Below, one piece after another: positions 21,145-32,344 of a stretch of 64,000 bases of DNA. Origin of the DNA: Vairimorpha necatrix (taxonomy: Eukaryota); NCBI GenBank assembly GCA_036630325.1, contig CP142737.1, positions 868,001 through 932,000 on the forward strand, in the 5' to 3' direction. The notes beneath the pieces were generated by a model. The model had not been told where the DNA came from. It made no database searches and saw only the letters and a list, made by a program, of their open reading frames with translations. The position numbers and the translations under genes were made by a program. How positions within the stretch are numbered: position 1 is the first letter of the stretch; every line of letters begins with the position of its first letter.

Positions 21145-24100
21145 TCATATATATAAAAGAATTTTATTTAATTTTTACCCCTAAAACTCAAAAAAAGAGA
21201 AAATTTAAAATGATATAATTTTTGTTTTAAAACAAAATTAAATGCTTTCACTGTATTTTATAGACAATTTTAGACCAGATACGTTATTTACATTTTATTT
21301 ATAAATCATTTTCGAAATGCTTAGAAATATGATTTTCTCCCTTTTAATTTCTTCCTTTTAGAAAAAGAAAACAAAAACAATATGAAACAAAATGTAGAAA
21401 AAATTGGTTGCTAATGTGTGAAATCAACTTAATTGAATTTATATTTGTTTCTGAATTAACTCTAAAACTGCAATGTCGGTTCAATAATATACTTAACTTC
21501 TAAAAATCACATTTGCTCCTTTTTAATTCTTCCTACCAGAAATGGAAAATCAAAAATCAAAAATCAAAACAAGAAACAAACACTAAAAAGATGATTTACA
21601 AACATTAGAAATTTATCAACTGAATAACAAACTCAATTAATTTTTATTTAGACTAATATCAATGCTATTTATTAAAAAATCATAGTCTCATTTTTGTTTT
21701 CTTCTTTCCCAAAATGGAATTTCAAAAACTATAAATAAATTTTTTTTCTTTACCCCTCATTATGTTTATGAAAAATCAAGCAAACAACGATTTGAATAAA
21801 CAACCCAAAGCAACTGTTACTATCTCTCAGGAGATATGTAGTAATACAGAAAATAACAATGTTATTTTCTATGAGGCCAACACCTCTGTATATAATCAAA
21901 AAAATAAAAAAACAAATGCTGGAGAAACAAAAAAAAGGAATTCTATATTCAGTTTCTCTAGCGACAACAAAACACCAAGCAAACCAATAAACAACAAAAA
22001 AGAATTAGATGACTTAAAAGATAACAGAATAATAGAAGCTCTTACGGAAAGATTAGATTTAGCATGTAGAATCACAAGCAGAAACCATGCTGAACATTAT
22101 TGTGGAGATCTGAAAGAAGAATGTGCCTTTTGTGGTGCATTACATTTTGCTGGAGAAGCAAGCAGCAATGGATTATACAAAAGCTGCTGTCATTTTGGGA
22201 AAGTTAAATTACAAAGAACAAGAGACTTCCCAGATGACATTAAGAATTTATATATAGGAAAAAATAAAGATGCAAAAAACTTCAGAGATAATATTAGATC
22301 CTACAATGCTGCTCTTTCTTTTGCTTCTCTTGGTGCTCAAATAGAAACTGTATCCAATGGACCGTATGTATTTAAAATACATGGTCAAGTGTATCATAAC
22401 ACTTATAATGTAAATAATATGGACTCTAATGCACCAAAGAAGTATGCTCAATTATATGTAGTAGATAGTGATATGGCAAATGTTCAAAGAATGATGAATC
22501 CATCTAATAGAAATTGTGATATATATATCATGAGCAAATTAGATGGATTTATAAGATCTGCCAATCCATATTCCAATGCATACAAGAATATGTCTGAAGT
22601 AATAAAGGAGCAAAAGGAGATGGGAAAAGAAGTTAAAGACATTTCTATGGTCTTTAATAAGAATTTAGAAAGAGATCAGAGAAGATATAATGCTCCCTCT
22701 ACAAGTGAAATCGCAATGATTTTTACTGATCCAAATGGTGAACCACCATTTGAAAGGGACATTAAAGTATATAGCAAGGGTCTTAGTTCTGATAATTTAC
22801 ATTTGGATATTTTAAGTCCACATTTAGATCCAATGACGTATACTTTGTTCTATCCACATGGCGAAGCTGGATGGAACGCAAATTTAAGGATTGAGTCTTA
22901 TCATGGGGAATCACAGAAGATATCTTTACTACAATATAAAGTAGCACAAATATCTATAAGAAAAGATAAGTTCAATCCTTTACTCTATGGAGGAAAGTTA
23001 TTTCAACAATGGATTGTAGATTCATATCTACAAGTCGAAGCAAATAACTTAAACTTCATAAAGTTAAATCAGAAGAAGTTGAGGGTAGATCTTTACAAAG
23101 GCTTAGTAGATTATGTGAACAATGGAATAGAAAGTAATGCTAAGCCTGTAATTTTACCATCAAGCTTCCAGGGATCTCCAAGAAATATGAGGGAAAGATA
23201 CCACGATGCAATGTCTATCGTAAGAAATTTCGGCAAGCCCGATCTTTTCATTACTATGACTTGCAATCCAAATTGGAAGGAGATAAAGGAGAATCTATTT
23301 GAGGGACAAACTGCAGTTGATAGGCCTGATTTGGTAGCAAAGGTCTTCAACTTGAAATTAAAAAGCATGATGGGGGAGATTTTGTCAGGAAGAGTATTTG
23401 GGGAAGTTGTGGCTCATGTCTATTCTATTGAGTTCCAAAAACGTGGACTTCCCCATGCTCACATATTGATAATGTTAAAGGATAAGATTCGGGATGAAGA
23501 AAGAATAGATAAGTTTGTAAGTGCAGAAATACCATCGCCCATGGAAAATGAAGTGTTACACACCTGTGTAACAAAACATATGATTCATGGACCATGTGGA
23601 CTAAATAACTTGACAAGTCCATGTATGGAAAATGGTCTCTGCACCAAGGAATATCCTAAGGAACATAATACTGAAACAAGGATCAATAAAGACGGATATC
23701 CTGAGTACAGACGATCTAGAGGGGCCGAGTACAATGTAAGGGGCAACATTGTTACTAATGCTAACGTGGTCCCTTATAATGCTTATCTACTTGAAAAATA
23801 CAATTGTCATATCAATGTAGAAGTTTGTACTTCTATCAAGTCAGTAAAGTATATTTTCAAGTATATTTACAAGGGATTTGATTGTGTTGAAATGAGAATA
23901 ACTGACAACAATGAAATTGATCATTTTGTGAATTCCAGATATGTCTCAGCACCAGAGGCTACCTGGAGATTAATGGAATACAAGATGCATGGAAGATCTC
24001 ATAAGATCCATAGACTTCCTGTGCATCTTCCACAAGAACAATTGATCACTTTCGAAGAAGGCAGAGAAGAGGAAGCCGTTAGATTGTCCGATCTTAGACA

Positions 24101-26275
24101 GACTCCTCTTTTAGCCTACTTCAAATTGAATGAAGTTGATGAAGGAGCACATCGATTTTCGTATAGTGAGATACCCTATCACTATACATATAAAAGGGGA
24201 GAATGGATTAGGAGAAAGAATAAGTATAGTAAGATAATTACTAGACTTTATTCTGTATCTCCTACAGAGAAGGAAAGATTTGGCCTCAGAGTCCTATTGA
24301 TTAATGTAAAGGGGGCTAAGTCATATGAGGATTTGAGAACTGTAAATGGTGTAGTTTACAGTTCTTTCGCAGAGGCGGTGGAAGAAAGAGGACTTCTTCA
24401 AGATGATAAAGAATGGGAAAGGGCTTTGGATGAGGCCGTATCGACCGAGTCCCCATCAATAATAAGAGCATTGTTTGGATATATTTGTGCTTTCAATAAG
24501 CCTAAAAATACCAAAGAACTCTTTGAGAAGTATCTTGGAGATATGTCTGAAGATCTAGATCAGAATAGTAGAGACGAAATATTAAGTAGATTAAAAGATA
24601 TAGTTAATGCTCATGGATGGAGCTTAAATGCTCTGGGTTTAGATGAGCCGATTAACTATATCAAGAATGAAAGAGCCGTCTCTGGCATTGAACATGATCT
24701 AGATCAGATGATATCCTCTTTGAACGAAAAACAGAGAAATGCATTTAATACAATAACAGATAGTATAGATGAAAAAGGCAATTTATTCTTTTTAGATGGA
24801 CCAGCTGGATCAGGAAAGACATATCTATACAATGTCCTGATTGAATATCTAAATAAGAATAAAAAATCTTCAATACAGATGGCCACTACAGGAATTGCTG
24901 CAGATCTATTAAAAGATGGAAGAACAATGCATAGTTGTATGAAACTTCCTGTTCCTTTGACAGAGACCAGCGTATCTAGACTAAAGCAAAATACTCCAGA
25001 AGCAGAGAGAATAATAAAGGCCTCTTTATTGCTAATAGATGAAGTTTCGATGATGTCAAAACATGCATTGAACGCAATAGATGAGGTGCTTAAAAGACTC
25101 TGTGACAATGATGATATCTTTGGAGGGAAAACTCTATTGTTGGGTGGTGACTTTAGACAGACATCAACCATTGTAATGAAGGGTACTCCAAATGATATCA
25201 TCGAAAACTCATTAATTAGTTCAAGACTTTGGGTACATGTCTGTGTACTAAAGCTTGAAACGAACATGAGATCATATAATCAATTGGAGTTTAATAAGTG
25301 GTTGTTAGATATAGGCGAGGGGCGTACTAGAGATAGTAAAGGATGTGTGGAGATACCCAAAGAATATCTTGAAGAAGGGGACATAGTCGATAGCATTTTT
25401 GGAACAATCAAAATTGAAGCAGGTGATGATTCTTTGTTTGATAAGATTATCTTAACGAGCAAAAATGAACATGCAAATGAATTGAATGCCAAAGTGTTAA
25501 ACCTACTTAATGGATCTTCTAGGGTATATGTGAGTTCTGATGCTATAGAATCAGAGGATATCGAAGAACAACTGAGATTTCCTCTTGAGTTCTTGAACAT
25601 GCAACAGCCATCAGGACTTCCCCCACATAAGTTAGTATTGAAGATAGGGGCAATAGTGATGTTGTTACGCAATATTGATCCTAAGAATGGATTATTAAAT
25701 GGGACCAGATTGAAGATAAAAGGTCTTAAAGATAATTACATCTTAGGTGAAATAATAACAGGAAGGGGAAGGGGCACCCTTGCTGTTATACCAAAGATAG
25801 ACATGATGCCAAGTGACACTCTTCTTCCGTTTGTACTTAAAAGAAGACAGTTTCCTGTGGTATTGTCATATGCGATGACAATACATAAAGCACAGGGACA
25901 GTCTTTTGACAAAGTGGGAGTGTATTTGCCTGAGGATGTATTTTCTCATGGTCAATTATACGTAGCTTTGTCAAGAGTGAAGAAGAGTGAAAACTTGAGA
26001 GTCAAGTTGGGGACAAGAGGAAGCAATACTAAAAATGTAGTTCTACGTGAACTAATTGGCCCATAAGAGCCAAGAGATGAAGAAATGCGCCGTGAGCGTA
26101 CAAGCACTATGCCATTTTTCTTCCAATAAGGATGAGATAAAAGATGATAAAATGCGCCGTGAGCGTACAAAAACTATGCCATTTTTTTAAAGAATAAATA
26201 TAATGTGATAAAATTAAAACATGTACCCATGCAAACACAAACAACCCGTTCTCAGAACGGGTGTGCATACGCTAG
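21145..26275 (+). mobile_element. Autonomous Helitron copy 2
   Basis: Begins TCA immediately after the CTAG of copy 1; same hairpin, CTAG at 26272-26275. Confidence 0.95.
21762..26066 (+). CDS. Helitron RepHel, second copy
   Basis: 1434 aa, all motifs as in copy 1. Confidence 0.97.
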   Translation: MFMKNQANNDLNKQPKATVTISQEICSNTENNNVIFYEANTSVYNQKNKKTNAGETKKRNSIFSFSSDNKTPSKPINNKKELDDLKDNRIIEALTERLDLACRITSRNHAEHYCGDLKEECAFCGALHFAGEASSNGLYKSCCHFGKVKLQRTRDFPDDIKNLYIGKNKDAKNFRDNIRSYNAALSFASLGAQIETVSNGPYVFKIHGQVYHNTYNVNNMDSNAPKKYAQLYVVDSDMANVQRMMNPSNRNCDIYIMSKLDGFIRSANPYSNAYKNMSEVIKEQKEMGKEVKDISMVFNKNLERDQRRYNAPSTSEIAMIFTDPNGEPPFERDIKVYSKGLSSDNLHLDILSPHLDPMTYTLFYPHGEAGWNANLRIESYHGESQKISLLQYKVAQISIRKDKFNPLLYGGKLFQQWIVDSYLQVEANNLNFIKLNQKKLRVDLYKGLVDYVNNGIESNAKPVILPSSFQGSPRNMRERYHDAMSIVRNFGKPDLFITMTCNPNWKEIKENLFEGQTAVDRPDLVAKVFNLKLKSMMGEILSGRVFGEVVAHVYSIEFQKRGLPHAHILIMLKDKIRDEERIDKFVSAEIPSPMENEVLHTCVTKHMIHGPCGLNNLTSPCMENGLCTKEYPKEHNTETRINKDGYPEYRRSRGAEYNVRGNIVTNANVVPYNAYLLEKYNCHINVEVCTSIKSVKYIFKYIYKGFDCVEMRITDNNEIDHFVNSRYVSAPEATWRLMEYKMHGRSHKIHRLPVHLPQEQLITFEEGREEEAVRLSDLRQTPLLAYFKLNEVDEGAHRFSYSEIPYHYTYKRGEWIRRKNKYSKIITRLYSVSPTEKERFGLRVLLINVKGAKSYEDLRTVNGVVYSSFAEAVEERGLLQDDKEWERALDEAVSTESPSIIRALFGYICAFNKPKNTKELFEKYLGDMSEDLDQNSRDEILSRLKDIVNAHGWSLNALGLDEPINYIKNERAVSGIEHDLDQMISSLNEKQRNAFNTITDSIDEKGNLFFLDGPAGSGKTYLYNVLIEYLNKNKKSSIQMATTGIAADLLKDGRTMHSCMKLPVPLTETSVSRLKQNTPEAERIIKASLLLIDEVSMMSKHALNAIDEVLKRLCDNDDIFGGKTLLLGGDFRQTSTIVMKGTPNDIIENSLISSRLWVHVCVLKLETNMRSYNQLEFNKWLLDIGEGRTRDSKGCVEIPKEYLEEGDIVDSIFGTIKIEAGDDSLFDKIILTSKNEHANELNAKVLNLLNGSSRVYVSSDAIESEDIEEQLRFPLEFLNMQQPSGLPPHKLVLKIGAIVMLLRNIDPKNGLLNGTRLKIKGLKDNYILGEIITGRGRGTLAVIPKIDMMPSDTLLPFVLKRRQFPVVLSYAMTIHKAQGQSFDKVGVYLPEDVFSHGQLYVALSRVKKSENLRVKLGTRGSNTKNVVLRELIGP

Positions 26276-26796
26276 TCATCATATATATAAAAGAATTTTA
26301 TTTAATTTTTTACCCCTCTTTTTAGTGATTTTGTAAAATCTAAACTTCTTATTATAGCTTTTTGTGTCATTGTAATATCAAATATAAACTCATTGAAGGA
26401 TTTTGACTATCATAGGCGCGTGTACTGTATGTTAATACATTTTTATTTTAATTCTTTGTTTTGTAAAACTCAGTTCCAAAATATCGTCAGAATCGTTTTT
26501 TAGAATTTATTTAACCCTTCACGAAAAATTGTAAAAACATCTGACAAATAAAGATTTTGAATATAAGTGTCAAAAAGTGAGCTTAGAAGTTCCCAAAATT
26601 ATCTCATTGAGATTATTAAATGTTTTAAAACAACATTACTCCTTATATGTTACTAAAAAGTTTTTTAAAAATCATGCTTTCTCCTTTTCAAATTCATTCA
26701 TTCCAAAATGGAAACGCAACAAAATTTACCGAGGAGGGACATATTATAAAACAAAACGATTTAAGCCCGTTTTCAAAACGGGAAAGCATACGCTAG
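26276..26796 (+). mobile_element. Non-autonomous Helitron NA1 (521 bp)
   Basis: 5' TCATCATATATATAAAAGAATTTTATTTAATTTTTTACCC; 3' cccgttttcaaaacggg-aaagcatacg-CTAG. Confidence 0.93.
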
Positions 26797-27318
26797 TCAT
26801 CATATATATAAAAGAATTTTATTTAATTTTTTACCCCTATTTTTTGTGATTTTTAAATTTCTAAACGGCCCTTTTGATATTTATTATGTTATTGTAATAT
26901 CAAATATAGATTTATTGCCTTAATCTGAATATTCTAAGTGTGTATGTTATTAGTTAATACTTTTTAATTTTGATTATTATTTTTGTAAAACTCAGTTCCA
27001 AAATATCGTCAGAATCGTTTTTTAGAATTTATTTAACCCTTCTAGAAAAAATCCACAAAAACATTAACCAAAAAAGATTTTGAATATAAGTGTCAAAAAT
27101 GAGCTTTAGGTGCTTTAAAATTATCTCATTGAGATTATTAAATGTTTTAAAACAACACTACTTTTTATATGTTACTAAAAAGTATTTTTCAAAATCATGT
27201 AAAAACTCTGTCAAATATAATCAGCCAAAAATGGATACTTTACAAAATTTACCGAGACGGGACATATTATAAAACAAACACATTTATCCCGTTTTCAAAA
27301 CGGGAAAGCATACGCTAG
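26797..27318 (+). mobile_element. Non-autonomous Helitron NA2 (522 bp)
   Basis: Same termini as NA1; followed by T27319, closing an A^T target with A15992. Confidence 0.93.
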
Positions 27319-28903
27319 TTATTATATAATATAATTTTAGTGCGTGTAGTATCATATATGTAAAAGATCAGTTAATTGAAAATATAAACAAGACTTATAC
27401 ATCTATTTCAAATATGTAATGTTTAAAAAAGAACAGTGCTAGTAATTTTCATTCTTTTTGCAGCTTATTCTGCGAAGAAGAATAAACTAAAATGGGGCCT
27501 ATACGCAGTACAGAAACATATGAAAAAACTAAGAGCAGATCTTCGTATTGTACAAGATAGACTCATATACAGAGGAAAATGAAGCAGTAAAGTAAACACT
27601 CTCGAGACTATAAGGTAAGGGAGTATGTAAAGCATACTAGCTACTTTACTTTAAAAAATAAATATTTTGTTAAATAGAATAAACTGATAGTTTATGCAAG
27701 AAATTTTCTGTATTTAAGCTTTTTTATGACGTGTAACAAACAAACAAACTCAAAAATATATTCATAAAAATTATTTTTAACATTTCAATATACATTAGTA
27801 TTTCTTACGCATAGTAAAATTTCAAAGTCTAAATTGTTAGGACAGAATTTTTCTCAGTTAAATCCTGCATAAGATTAAAAATATATAATCTTAAATTGGA
27901 TATTTTGCAATAATCAAGTGTTTGTGGATTATTTAAATATTTGTTTTATTTTGATGACATAGAGCACATGTATTGTGGTCTTTAAAAATTTTATAAAAAA
28001 CATCTAAATTTTTAGTCTATTAGTTAAAGCATCATAGAATGGGCTTATACTGATTTAATTGATCATTAAAATAAGACAAAATCATATATAAGAAAATGAA
28101 TCTACTATATAAAAACAGGAGCGTATGTACTAGAAAACAGAATCTTTATATTAAACCTTTAAAACATCTCACAAATATATAAAACGTTGATATTTGACAG
28201 CTTAATGTTCATCAAACACTCCATTAGTTAAAACATATATAAATTATACTAGTAAAATTTATTTCTATAAAAATTATTTATATTTGTCAGTTTTTTATGT
28301 CTATATTCAAATTTACCTTTTCTCTTTTTCTTTATAGGGGTAAGGAAAATAAAAAAAAGTTTTAAGAAATTAATTATGAGGCTTTAAGTCAACGGAAAAA
28401 GTAAAATTTTTTAAATTATCTGAAAATTTTGAATAAATAATAAATTTATTTTATTTTTGTTTATTAATATAAATCATTTTTTGACAGTTTTTTGAAGATG
28501 TGATTAACTTGATAGTCAAAATGTGACATCAACTCTGATTTTACAATCTTTTCGAAATGAAAAGAACTTTTCATATTATACTCTTTACCAATAATCATAA
28601 AAACAAAATTTTTTAGATAAAATGTCTGCACATGTTTAAATCTCTTAAAAAATTTCTATTTTGTCTTTTAGAAAATATCGTAAAATTTTAATTTTAATTA
28701 ATGTCAAATTTTGCATTTAATTAATTAAATATTTACAAAAAAAATAATTCTTCATATTTTTGTTCATAAAATAGTATTACTTACTTTTCATATTTACAAT
28801 ATTTTTTTTTGTTTTTGTTTATATTATTCACATATATTATAAATTATTATTGTTTACATTAACTTTTTTTTATTTAAATAAAAAAATTAATACCCAAACT
28901 AAT

Positions 28904-29326
28904 ATGAAAAAAATTCAAACAATTACAAAAAAAGAAAAATTATCTAAAAAAAATATTAAAGACAAAACATGTACACTAAAAGACAAAAGTAATCTACTCA
29001 AAAAAGAAAAATTATTTAAAAAAAATAATATACGTACTTATTTTTATGACGAGACTTTTAACAATATGAATAATAATATTCTTGATTATACAGTAAAAAA
29101 CTTTAATGCTGAAACTAGCAGAATACCAAGATGTAGTACGGGATTTGATAATAAAATTCCAGGATATTTTAATAGTTATTATGGAACATTGTTAAAAAAT
29201 ATAGAAGTTTTAGGTGATAAATATGATTATGATTTGTATAATAATTTTAAAGGGGAATGGTGTTATTTAAATGTGGTTAAAAAGAAAGAAAATGAGATGT
29301 ATTTGGACTTTTTTGAAAAAAAATAA
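28904..29326 (+). CDS. Hypothetical lysine-rich protein
   Basis: Within ORF 28850..29326; ATG 28904 follows a CCC motif; AATAAA overlaps the stop. Confidence 0.55.
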   Translation: MKKIQTITKKEKLSKKNIKDKTCTLKDKSNLLKKEKLFKKNNIRTYFYDETFNNMNNNILDYTVKNFNAETSRIPRCSTGFDNKIPGYFNSYYGTLLKNIEVLGDKYDYDLYNNFKGEWCYLNVVKKKENEMYLDFFEKK

Positions 29327-30427
29327 AAAAGTGTTTTGTTTAAGTATAATTTGTTTATTTTCGGTGACACGTTTGAAATGTTTTGTAAACAAACATTAGC
29401 TTTATTAAAGTTTATTATATACTTTTTAGGTTTTTATTTTAAAGTAAAAAGAAAAAATTTCGTTTGTTAAATTTATTATTTAGAACAATTATAAAGTCTT
29501 AATAACAATTAAAGTATATCTTGAGTTGTTAACTAGGATATTAAATTATATAATAAGAAAAATAGATAAAAAATACATAAAAATTTTACAATTACAAACA
29601 TATGTTATTAAAATTTGATAAACAAATGTAGTTATTTTGTTAAATGTAAGAAACAACAAGTTAATTAATATTTAACAAAACGTATCTCCAAAATAATATC
29701 AATAATCTACCTAATTTGTTCTAGGATTTATAAAATATAATTGATAAAATATGGATATATTAAAAACTGTATGTATCTTGTACATTAAAAATTTTATATT
29801 TATTTATCAGGATTTAATGTAAAAATAAAAGTTCTAGTTTAATTTTATAAACGACAATTTTGTTGATTCTCAGTAAAAAAAAAAGAGTTCTTATTTATGA
29901 ATCTGTTTTAAAACTTCATAAATTGAACATAATTGCTTAGGGTCGCTTTAATTAGTTTATTTTCCATTTTATTTCTCATACATTCAATCTGTAGGTTTTT
30001 TTCTTGCGGCCAAGAATTCTCAGCTAATGTGATAGTACTAATAATATAACCATATAACAGTATTAAATAAAATATTTCTTCATACTTTTGAATCATCAAA
30101 TGACAAAAAAATCGAAGCAACTAAAATTATCAAAATAAAAAATTCTAATCTCACAAATAATCTAGAATAAATAAATTTTTTTCTTGATAACTATAGAAAA
30201 ATGTTTTCTTTGAATAAGTAGTTTTTAACGAATGATAATATTGATTAAATAAAAAAATGCAATAAAAATATTGCCCTCGATGCTTTGAAAAAAGGTACAT
30301 TTCGTAGATTAAAAATATGAAAAGTTATTAAAAAAAATTTAATAATTACTATATAAATCATAAAATATCTCTCGTTTAATAGAAATGTGAAATCATTATT
30401 CAGAAGTATAAAAAATTTATGAAAATA

Positions 30428-30947
30428 CTAGCGTATGCTTTCCCGTTTTGAAAACGGGATCTAAATGTTTGTTTTATAATATGTACCTCCTTTATCTTTT
30501 TGTGAATTTTCATTTTTTGATGAATGAATTTGAAAAGGAAAAAACATGATTTTGGAAAATACTTTTTAGTAACATATAAGAAGTAAAGTTTAGCTAAAAA
30601 CATTTAATAACCTCAATGAGATAATTTTGGGAACTTCTAAGCTCATTTTTCGACACTTACATTCAATTTCTTCTTTTGTCAATTATTTTTGTGAATTTTT
30701 TCTAGAAGGGTTAAATAAATTCTAAAAAACGATTCTGACGATATTTTGGAACTGAGTTTTACAAAACAAAGAATTAAAATGGAAATGCATTAATATATAA
30801 TATATGCACTAATAATTATCAAATTAAAACATTAAATCTACATATGATATTATATTAACGTAAAAGGCTCAAAATGTATCGTTTAGAAATTTCAAAATCA
30901 CAAAAAAGAGGGGTAAAAAATTAAATAAAATTCTTTTATATATATGA
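30428..30947 (-). mobile_element. Non-autonomous Helitron NA4 (520 bp)
   Basis: Reverse-complement termini: ctagcgtatgctttcccgttttgaaaacggg ... cttttatatatatga. Confidence 0.93.
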
Positions 30948-31468
30948 CTAGCGTATGCTTTCCCGTTTTGAAAACGGGATCTAATTGTTTAGTTTTTTAA
31001 TATGTCCCTTTTCGGTAAATTTTGTTAAGTTTCCATTTTAGGATTATTAAATTCGACAAAGTGAAGACATGTTTATTAGAAATACTTTTTAGTGACATAG
31101 AAGAGGTAAAGAAGAGTTAAAACACTTATGAGTCTGATTGAAATAATTTTGGGGACTTTTAAGCTCAATTTTCGACACTTACATGTAAGATCTTTATTTG
31201 TCAGATCTTTTTACAATTTTTTCTAGAAGGGTTAAATAAATTCTAAAAAACGATTCTGACGATATTTTGGAACTGAGTTTAACAAAAATAATAATCAAAA
31301 TAAAAATGTATTAACTGATAACTTACACACTTAGAATAGTCAAAGTAAAGCAATAAATCTATATTTGATATTATAATAACTTAATAAGATCAAAATAAAT
31401 AGTTTAGAAATTTCAAAACCACAAAAAAGATGGGTAAAAAATTAAATAAAATTCTTTTATATATATGA
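30948..31468 (-). mobile_element. Non-autonomous Helitron NA3 (521 bp)
   Basis: Head-to-tail with NA4; the pair is flanked by A and T on the element strand. Confidence 0.93.
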
Positions 31469-31875
31469 TAGGACAAGTTGTTGTTTATCTTTGATACAGA
31501 AGATATCAAATGGCATTGCAAAGTTTCTCATTACAAAGTTGTCCAAAGGAGCACACAGATGCAGATAGAGAACCTGTCTTGTCAGCAAAGACTTCCACAG
31601 ACTTGTTTTTTCAATTTTTTTACCCCTTAGAATGAGAAGACAAGAAAATCAAAAAAAACTGTAACAAAGATATTGCATGTTAAACAAGTAGTTTATGTTT
31701 AAAAAGCAAGAATCATCTTGCGACAAGGGTTTATCAGATGTAAAACATGTTTAATATAATAATTAGAAAACTTAAAATAATATTTATACGAATTTTAGTT
31801 TAGATTCTAAAATAATTAAAAAAAACCAAAATATAAACATTACTATGTATATATAAAGGGTACAGACCTTTATTA

Positions 31876-32344
31876 CATGGGTTTGAATCGTTTAAGTGCA
31901 CATGTTTGAATTTCTATAGCGCCATATTTGAATTTCTATATTCCCATGTTTGAATTTCTATATTCCCATGTTTGAATTTCTATAGTGCCATAAAATTTAA
32001 ATTTTTAAAATTTAGAAACAAGTATATTGAATAAAGTCTTCTCACTTTTGCCTTTTCTAATCAGCTAATCATGTTTATTCAAACAAGCAACACTCACAGC
32101 TATAATCTAAACTAAAAACATTATCAAGACTTGGCCAATTAAACTATTTGAAGAATGAAGACGAAAATCTCGCTTTGAGAACTGAGCAGAATTCTTCGAT
32201 GGGATTTACTTGCGAAGAATAAGGAGGCAGAGATATGATATGCTTGTAAGAAAAATCAAGAGCGTAAGAAGACTTTATTTAATAAACTTGTTTATTTATT
32301 CTAAAAATTTAAATTTTATGGCACTATAACGATTAAAACCCCTG
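31876..32344. mobile_element. Tc1/mariner-type non-autonomous element with long TIRs
   Basis: TA-CATGGGTTTGAATCGTT... / ...AACGATTAAAACCCCTG-TA; inverted similarity continues through tatagtgccataaaatttaaattttta...aataaagtcttct; left arm has a 4x22-bp expansion (31901-31988). Confidence 0.75.

Noticed and set aside
16631-26066. Host PIF1 helicase duplication or viral/plasmid replicase
   Set aside because: A Rep-helicase fusion bounded by TC...hairpin-CTAG termini at an A^T site defines Helitrons.
16020-26275. Pure assembly duplication of one Helitron
   Set aside because: The copies differ at many sites while both keep open frames; haplotype stacking is not fully excluded without reads.
26577-27272. 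Small ORFs in the non-autonomous Helitrons
   Set aside because: Non-ATG starts, and frames and lengths are not preserved among the four copies.
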